Of a stretch of 64,000 bases of DNA, positions 57,569-64,000 are shown in pieces. The stretch's first letter is position 1; every line of letters starts with the position of its first letter. The position numbers and the translations under genes are program-made. Source of the DNA: a bacterium (lineage in GTDB: Bacteria; Zhuqueibacterota; Zhuqueibacteria; Oceanimicrobiales; Oceanimicrobiaceae); contig JBBIIG010000010.1 of NCBI GenBank assembly GCA_037446635.1, positions 1 to 64,000 on the forward strand. Direction: 5' to 3'. The notes beneath the pieces are model-generated. The model saw only the letters and a program-made list of their open reading frames with translations, was not told the DNA's origin and ran no database searches.

Positions 57569-58873
57569 ATGAGTCTAGCAGAAAACGCGAAATCAATTAA
57601 TCGAATTTTGTTCAAAAACGCCCTGGTGGTCGATCCGGAAAATTTGACCCAACGCGTCGCGGACGTGCTTGTTGAAGACGGAAAGCTTAAAGACATCGGC
57701 AAATTGGCCGACGCTACGTTTCGCGGCAAGTCCATCGACTGCACCGGTCTGGTGCTGTGCCCCGGTTTGCTCGACATGCACGTGCACTTGCGCGAGCCGG
57801 GCCGTGAAGACGAAGAGACCGTTGAAAGCGGCTGCGACGCCGCCATGATGGGCGGCTTCACCAGCGTGTGCCCGATGCCCAACACCGATCCCGCGGCGGA
57901 CAACGCCGAGGTGATCGAATTTTTAAAGCGCCGCGCCAAAGATTTGCTGGCGGACGTGTTTCCCATCGCGGCGGTCACCAAAGGGCGCGCGGGCGCCGAG
58001 CTCACCGAAATGGGCGAGTTGGTGGAGGCCGGCGCCGTGGCGTTTTCCGACGACGGCGACCCGGTGGCAACCGCTGAAATGATGCGCCGGGCGCTGGAAT
58101 ACGCCCGACTGTTCGACGTTCCCATTATCGATCATTGCGAGGACAAAGCATTATCGAAAAATGGCTGCATGCACGAGGGGCGATTTTCGACGCAATTGGG
58201 TCTCCCCGGTATGCCCAGTTTGTCCGAAGAAGTTATTGTGGCGCGCGACATCCAGGTGGCCGAATTCACCAAGGGGCGGTTGCATATCGCCCACATTTCC
58301 ACGGCGGGCGCGGTGGAACTGGTGCGGCAGGCAAAGGGAAAGGGCGTCAAGGTGACGTGCGAAGTGACCCCGCATCATTTTACCCTGAATCATGAAGCCG
58401 TGCTCACTTACGACACCAACGCCAAAATGAACCCGCCGCTGCGCACTGCCGCCGACGTGGAAGCAATGTTGGCGGGCCTGCGCGACGGCACTATCGATGT
58501 CATCGCCAGCGATCACGCGCCCCACGCCATTGAAGAAAAGGAGGTGGAGTTCGACGCTGCGCCCTTCGGAATCGTCGGCCTCGAAACCGCGTTGGGCCTG
58601 GTCGTCACTCATCTGGTGAAAACGGGCACGTTGACCCTGCCACAGGCCATCTCCAAGATGACGGTCAACCCCGCATCGATTCTAAAATTGGATCGCGGCC
58701 GGCTGAAAATTGGCGCCCCCGCTTCGCTGACGATTTTCAACGCCGACGAAGAATGGGCAGTCGATAAACGCCTTTTGAAATCCAAATCGAAGAATACGCC
58801 CTTTCACGATTGGAAATTGCAAGGTCGAGTTTTCGGACTTTATAATAACGGGTTATGGTGGCAACGGCCCTAA
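57569..58873 (+). CDS. pyrC: Dihydroorotase
   Basis: DMHVHLREPG, MPNT, KMNPPLR, SDHAPH. Confidence 0.96.
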   Translation: MSLAENAKSINRILFKNALVVDPENLTQRVADVLVEDGKLKDIGKLADATFRGKSIDCTGLVLCPGLLDMHVHLREPGREDEETVESGCDAAMMGGFTSVCPMPNTDPAADNAEVIEFLKRRAKDLLADVFPIAAVTKGRAGAELTEMGELVEAGAVAFSDDGDPVATAEMMRRALEYARLFDVPIIDHCEDKALSKNGCMHEGRFSTQLGLPGMPSLSEEVIVARDIQVAEFTKGRLHIAHISTAGAVELVRQAKGKGVKVTCEVTPHHFTLNHEAVLTYDTNAKMNPPLRTAADVEAMLAGLRDGTIDVIASDHAPHAIEEKEVEFDAAPFGIVGLETALGLVVTHLVKTGTLTLPQAISKMTVNPASILKLDRGRLKIGAPASLTIFNADEEWAVDKRLLKSKSKNTPFHDWKLQGRVFGLYNNGLWWQRP

Positions 58874-58907
58874 CTTGATTTATTCATTTTTTTGGAGGAG
58901 TGGAACG

Positions 58908-59453
58908 GTGCAAGTCGCGAAAGAGATTTTTTTTGTCAAAGGGGTGGGCAAGCACAAAGAGAAGCTAACGAGCTTCGAGCTGGCTTTGCGGGATGCTGAA
59001 ATTGCGCAGTTCAATTTGGTGCGTGTGTCCAGCATTTTTCCGCCCTATTGCAAAATAGTTTCTAAAAAAGAGGGATTGCAAAAGCTGAAAGCCGGGCAAA
59101 TTCTTTACGTGGTGATGAGTCAGGCAGAAACCAACGAGCCCCATCGCTTGATTGCCGCGTCGATAGGGATCGCGATTCCCAAAGACCGCGCTCACTACGG
59201 CTATCTTTCGGAGCACCACAGCTACGGCCAGAAGGAGGACTTCGCCGGCGATTACGCCGAAGACCTCGCCGCCAGCATGTTGGCCACCATCCTCGGCGTG
59301 GAATTTGATCCCGATGCCTCGTGGGATCAAAAGAAGGAAATTTGGCGCATCAGCAATGAAATCGTCACCACCCGCAACATCACCCAATCGGCCGTGGGCG
59401 ACAAAAATGGCTTGTGGACGACGGTCATCGCCGGCGCGGTGTTGATTTTTTAG
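58908..59453 (+). CDS. pdaD: Pyruvoyl-dependent arginine decarboxylase
   Basis: SFELALRDA..NLVRVSSIFPP (Ser-Ser cleavage site), GYLSEHH; GGAGGAG RBS before GTG. Confidence 0.9.
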   Translation: MQVAKEIFFVKGVGKHKEKLTSFELALRDAEIAQFNLVRVSSIFPPYCKIVSKKEGLQKLKAGQILYVVMSQAETNEPHRLIAASIGIAIPKDRAHYGYLSEHHSYGQKEDFAGDYAEDLAASMLATILGVEFDPDASWDQKKEIWRISNEIVTTRNITQSAVGDKNGLWTTVIAGAVLIF

Positions 59454-59461
59454 GAGGGCTT

Positions 59462-59476
59462 AACCCTGTCAGGGTT
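59462..59476. repeat. Short REP-like palindrome
   Basis: AACCCTG-T-CAGGGTT. Confidence 0.45.
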
Positions 59477-59490
59477 GAATAGATCAACAT

Positions 59491-60357
59491 ATGCCAAACA
59501 AATCTCACAATTTTTTAGATTTACCGGCCGATCTCAACAACCCCGAAACCGCCAAAACTGTGGTGTTGGGCGTGCCCTACGAAGCCACGACTACTTACGG
59601 AAAGGGTACAGCCAACGGGCCGCAAGCGATCGTCGCGGCCTCGTCGCAGATTGAGTTTTACGACGAAGAATTGGATGCCGAAACCTGCCGTATCGGCATT
59701 GCCACCGATTTGTCGCTGCGGCGCTTCAGCTCCGATCCCGCCAAAGCCGTCCAGCAAATCAGCGGCGCCTGCGAGCGCTGGCTGGCGAAAAAGAAGCTCG
59801 TGGTTGGACTGGGCGGCGAGCACACGGTGACCGTGGGGCTGGTGGCTGCGTTCAAAAAATTCTACCCGAACCTGTCGGTGTTGCAGTTGGATGCCCACAG
59901 CGACCTGCGGAACGAATATCACGGGTCGCCGTTCAACCATGCCTGCGTGATGGCGCGCGTGCAGGAGATGTGCCCGTTCGTGGGTTTGGGCATTCGCAGC
60001 GGGGTGGCCGGCGAGCGCGCGGCGCTGCAGCCGCCTTCCACGGTGATGTACGCCCACGAAATGTATCATCAAAAAAATTGGGCGAAAACGGTTTTGCGAA
60101 AATTGGGCGATCCCGTTTATATCACGATCGATTTGGATTTCTTCGATCCAGCGGCCGTGCCCTCGGTGGGAACGCCGGAGCCGGGCGGCTTTCAGTGGGT
60201 CGAAACGCTGGAATTTTTGAAACAGGTGGTCGAGTCGCGGCAAATTATTGGTTTTGACGTGGTGGAGCTGGCGCCGCGGCCAAACTTTCCGGCGTCCGAT
60301 TTTTTCGCGGCCAAGCTCATTTACAAGCTGCTGGGGTATATTTTCTCCTCAAAATAA
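59491..60357 (+). CDS. speB: Agmatinase
   Basis: GGEH, DAHSD, DLDFFDP, GTPEPGG; adjacent to arginine decarboxylase. Confidence 0.92.
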   Translation: MPNKSHNFLDLPADLNNPETAKTVVLGVPYEATTTYGKGTANGPQAIVAASSQIEFYDEELDAETCRIGIATDLSLRRFSSDPAKAVQQISGACERWLAKKKLVVGLGGEHTVTVGLVAAFKKFYPNLSVLQLDAHSDLRNEYHGSPFNHACVMARVQEMCPFVGLGIRSGVAGERAALQPPSTVMYAHEMYHQKNWAKTVLRKLGDPVYITIDLDFFDPAAVPSVGTPEPGGFQWVETLEFLKQVVESRQIIGFDVVELAPRPNFPASDFFAAKLIYKLLGYIFSSK

Positions 60358-60370
60358 AGCAACAAAATTC

Positions 60371-60397
60371 TTGACTATTACTTTGAAATGTTATAAT
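60371..60397 (+). promoter_or_regulatory. Sigma-70 promoter of rplM
   Basis: TTGACT and extended -10 TGtTATAAT. Confidence 0.6.
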
Positions 60398-60435
60398 TTA
60401 CCGCGCTTCTTTTTGAAAAATTAAGGAGAAAGACG

Positions 60436-60867
60436 TTGAGCACATACATCGCAAAGCCCGCGGAGGTCACGCGCAAATGGTACCTGGTCGATGCCGACGG
60501 GCAGATTTTAGGGCGGCTCGCCAGCCGGGTGGCGTCGATCCTGCGCGGCAAGCACAAGCCAAGTTATTCCCCGCACATGGACGTGGGCGATCACGTCATC
60601 GTCATCAACGCGGAGAAAGTGCGGGTGTCCGGCAAAAAAGCCAAAAACAAACGCTACTACTGGAACACACTCTACCCCGGCGGCCTGCGCTTCAAAACCT
60701 ATTCTGATATCATGAAAGAGAGCCCGGAGCGCATCCTCGAAAACGCCATTTCGGGAATGTTGCCGCACAACAAGCTCGGGCGCAAAATGTACAAAAAACT
60801 GAAGGTGTACGTCGGTGATCAACATCATCACCAGGCGCAAAAACCCGAAAAACTGGAACTCAATTAA
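60436..60867 (+). CDS. rplM: 50S ribosomal protein L13
   Basis: WYLVDA..LGRLAS..LRGKHKP. Confidence 0.98.
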   Translation: MSTYIAKPAEVTRKWYLVDADGQILGRLASRVASILRGKHKPSYSPHMDVGDHVIVINAEKVRVSGKKAKNKRYYWNTLYPGGLRFKTYSDIMKESPERILENAISGMLPHNKLGRKMYKKLKVYVGDQHHHQAQKPEKLELN

Positions 60868-60876
60868 GAGGAGTCG

Positions 60877-61269
60877 ATGAAAGACACAGCATTTTCAGCC
60901 ATTGGCCGGCGCAAAGAATCGGTGGCGCGGGTGTGGCTCGTCCCCGGCGCGGGGAAATTTGTGGTGAATAAGAAAGACCTGCTGGAATTTTTTAAGCGCG
61001 AAACCTTGAAAATGGTGATCGAGCAGCCGCTGCATGTTACCGACACCATTGGAAAATATGATGTTTACGCCAATGTCAACGGCGGCGGTCTCACCGGCCA
61101 AGCCGGCGCGCTTCGCCTCGGCATCGCCCGGGCGCTGCTCAAGGTCAGCGATGATTTTCGCCCCAAGCTCAAAGCCGCTGGTTTTCTCACTCGCGACCCG
61201 CGCATGAAAGAGAGGAAGAAGTACGGCATGGCGGGCGCGCGCAAACGATTCCAATTCTCCAAGCGTTAA
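60877..61269 (+). CDS. rpsI: 30S ribosomal protein S9
   Basis: [21 protein letters not shown]. Confidence 0.98.
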   Translation: MKDTAFSAIGRRKESVARVWLVPGAGKFVVNKKDLLEFFKRETLKMVIEQPLHVTDTIGKYDVYANVNGGGLTGQAGALRLGIARALLKVSDDFRPKLKAAGFLTRDPRMKERKKYGMAGARKRFQFSKR

Positions 61270-61280
61270 TGTTTTTAAAT

Positions 61281-61352
61281 TTCACACACTGGCTGATCTT
61301 TGGGTGCCCTGATTGCGGGGTGAATTTCGAGCCAGTGGCGGCCTAACCCAAA
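61281..61352 (+). ncRNA. rpsB (S2) autoregulatory leader, t44-like
   Basis: CACACAC-stem..GGGTGCCC..GTGGCGGCCTAACCC resembles the conserved S2 leader; CACTGGCT/AGCCAGTG stem. Confidence 0.7.
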
Positions 61353-61362
61353 CGGAGGTTTT

Positions 61363-62196
61363 ATGCTTAATGTAACGTTACAGGATTTGTTGATTGCCGG
61401 CTCCCATTTTGGCCACCTCACCCGCAGGTGGAATCCCAAAATGAAGAAATACATTTTCATGGAGCGCAACGGCATCTACATCATCGATCTCAAAAAGACG
61501 CTGGAATGCCTGCAGCAGGCCTACCAGGCCGTCGTCGATTTGACCAAAGCCGGCGAAAAAGTGCTGTTCGTCGGCACCAAAAAGCAGGCGAAAGACATCA
61601 TCAAAGCCGAAGCCGAGCGCAGCAATTCGTTTTATATGAACGAGCGCTGGCTGGGCGGCACCCTCACCAATTACGCCACCATCAAAAAGAGCATCAAGCA
61701 TCTCAAGAATATCGAAAAGATGGCCACTGACGGCACGTATGATAAACTCACCAAAAAAGAAATTTTGCGGCTCGAGCGCGAGCGCGAAAAGTTAGAATCG
61801 GCGTTGGGCGGAATCCGCGATATGAACAAATTGCCGGGCGCCATTTTCGTGGTGGATACCAAAAAAGAGGCCATCGCGGTTGCCGAGGCCGCCAAATTAG
61901 GCATCCCCATCGTGGCGATTGTTGACACCAACTGCGATCCGGAGGTTATCGATTATCCCATCCCCGGCAACGACGACGCCTTTAAATCCATCAATTTGAT
62001 TACTCACGCCATCGCGGATGCGGTGATCGAAGGTTCCAGCACCCAGCAGCGGCGCGCCGCTGACGAAGAGGCCGGCGAGGCTGTGCGTGAAATCGAGCCT
62101 CGCGATGAAGTCATCGTCACCGAAGACGCCGAAGAGTTGGAAGCGGTGGCAGAGAAAATTAAAGGATCAGAAAATGATGTGTATGAAGAAGCTTAA
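61363..62196 (+). CDS. rpsB: 30S ribosomal protein S2
   Basis: [28 protein letters not shown]. Confidence 0.98.
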   Translation: MLNVTLQDLLIAGSHFGHLTRRWNPKMKKYIFMERNGIYIIDLKKTLECLQQAYQAVVDLTKAGEKVLFVGTKKQAKDIIKAEAERSNSFYMNERWLGGTLTNYATIKKSIKHLKNIEKMATDGTYDKLTKKEILRLEREREKLESALGGIRDMNKLPGAIFVVDTKKEAIAVAEAAKLGIPIVAIVDTNCDPEVIDYPIPGNDDAFKSINLITHAIADAVIEGSSTQQRRAADEEAGEAVREIEPRDEVIVTEDAEELEAVAEKIKGSENDVYEEA

Positions 62197-62218
62197 GAGA
62201 GTGGAGGCGGTTTAAGAA

Positions 62219-62812
62219 ATGTCAATATCAGCAGACAAAGTTAAACAGTTACGAGAGCTGACCGGCGCCGGCATCATGGAATGCAAAAGCGCGCTTACCG
62301 AAACCAACGGCGACATTGAGGCCGCCATCGAGTTGCTGCGCAAGAAAGGCATCGCTTCGGCGCAAAAACGCGCCGGCCGCGAAACCAAAGAAGGCCTGGT
62401 GGAGGCGTATATCCACCCTGGCAACCGCCTCGGGGTGTTGATAGAGGTCAATTGCGAAACCGATTTTGTGGCCAAAACCGATGATTTCAAAACTTTTGTG
62501 CGCGATATGGCCATGCAGGTTGCCGCTACCAGCCCGCGGGTGGTCAGCCGCGAAGAATTCTCCAGCGAAGAAATCGAAAAGGAGTTGGAGATTTATCGCA
62601 CGCAAGCCCGCAATGAGGGCAAGCCGGAAAACATCATCGAGCGTTTCGCCCAGGGCAAATTAGAAAAATTTTACCAGGAAACGGTTTTACTGGAGCAAAG
62701 CTTTATCAAAGACCCCGGCAAGAACGTCAAAGATTTGTTGACGGCGATCATTGCCAAGACCGGTGAAAACGTCAACATCCGGCGTTTCGTACGCTTTCAA
62801 TTAGGCGCGTGA
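62219..62812 (+). CDS. tsf: Elongation factor Ts (short form)
   Basis: VKQLRELTGAGIMECK, EVNCETDFVA. Confidence 0.98.
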   Translation: MSISADKVKQLRELTGAGIMECKSALTETNGDIEAAIELLRKKGIASAQKRAGRETKEGLVEAYIHPGNRLGVLIEVNCETDFVAKTDDFKTFVRDMAMQVAATSPRVVSREEFSSEEIEKELEIYRTQARNEGKPENIIERFAQGKLEKFYQETVLLEQSFIKDPGKNVKDLLTAIIAKTGENVNIRRFVRFQLGA

Positions 62813-63568
<756 letters not shown>

Positions 63569-64000
63569 TTAGAAATTCAGCGCGACGCGGAAGCCCGCAT
63601 GGAAAAAGCGGTTGAAAGCACCCGACAGGAGCTGGCGCAAATTCGAACCGGCAAAGCCTCGCCGGCGCTATTGGACACCATCAAAGTTTCGTACTACGGC
63701 TCGATGGTGCCGTTGAAACAGGTGGCGGGCATCAACACTCCGGAGCCGAGATTGATCACCATTCAGCCGTGGGACAAAAGCTTGATCGGCGAAATCGAAA
63801 AAGCGATTTTGAAATCCGATTTAGGGCTGACGCCGGTCAACGATGGCCTGCTCATTCGGCTGCCCATCCCGGTGCTCACCGAAGAACGCCGCAAAGATTT
63901 GGTGCGCCTCTGCCACAAGCTGGTGGAAGAAGGCCGGGTCGCCATTCGCAACGTCCGCCGCGACGCTAACGAGCGTTTGAAAAAACTCGAAAAAGATCAC
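63569..64000 (+). CDS. frr: Ribosome recycling factor, 3'-truncated by window edge; start uncertain (first ATG 63599)
   Basis: [46 protein letters not shown]. Confidence 0.95.

Noticed and set aside
62219..62812. Truncated EF-Ts
   Set aside because: The roughly 200-aa short form is a known natural variant

Overview
Bacterial chromosomal window, GC-rich in coding regions, mostly on the + strand. Three 'QNYPNPFNP' T9SS-type C-terminal sorting domains and the rplM-rpsI-rpsB-tsf-pyrH-frr order suggest an FCB-superphylum organism, possibly KSB1/Calditrichota-like (inference). Contents, left to right: (1) a PlpD-like patatin-POTRA-barrel gene, a NhaP antiporter and TerC; (2) the best candidate for an uncharacterised system (5.2-13.8 kb), in which an ATP-grasp gene is coupled to a sigma-54 activator with a degenerate receiver, followed by palindromic enhancer-like sites, a -24/-12 promoter and an operon of lysine-2,3-aminomutase-like radical SAM enzyme, two Ddl-like ATP-grasp ligases, a GNAT-HDAC fusion and a GNAT; (3) four small exported ligand-binding-fold proteins; (4) two secreted metalloproteases, each preceded by a candidate inhibitor; (5) amidohydrolase, mgtE, a Tat-exported class-V PLP enzyme and a lipoprotein RidA; (6) smc and a DUF433/PIN toxin-antitoxin pair with a frameshifted toxin; (7) a type IV pilus/T2SS-like locus interrupted by an inverted secreted propeller gene next to a MITE; (8) pyrR-pyrB-pyrC-pdaD-speB and a translation operon in which frr follows the pyrH stop in frame with no start codon at the expected position. 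Intergenic regions carry several REP-like palindromes and two MITEs with target-site duplications. No tRNA, rRNA, CRISPR array or transposase was seen. All calls are from motif recognition by eye; no searches were run.
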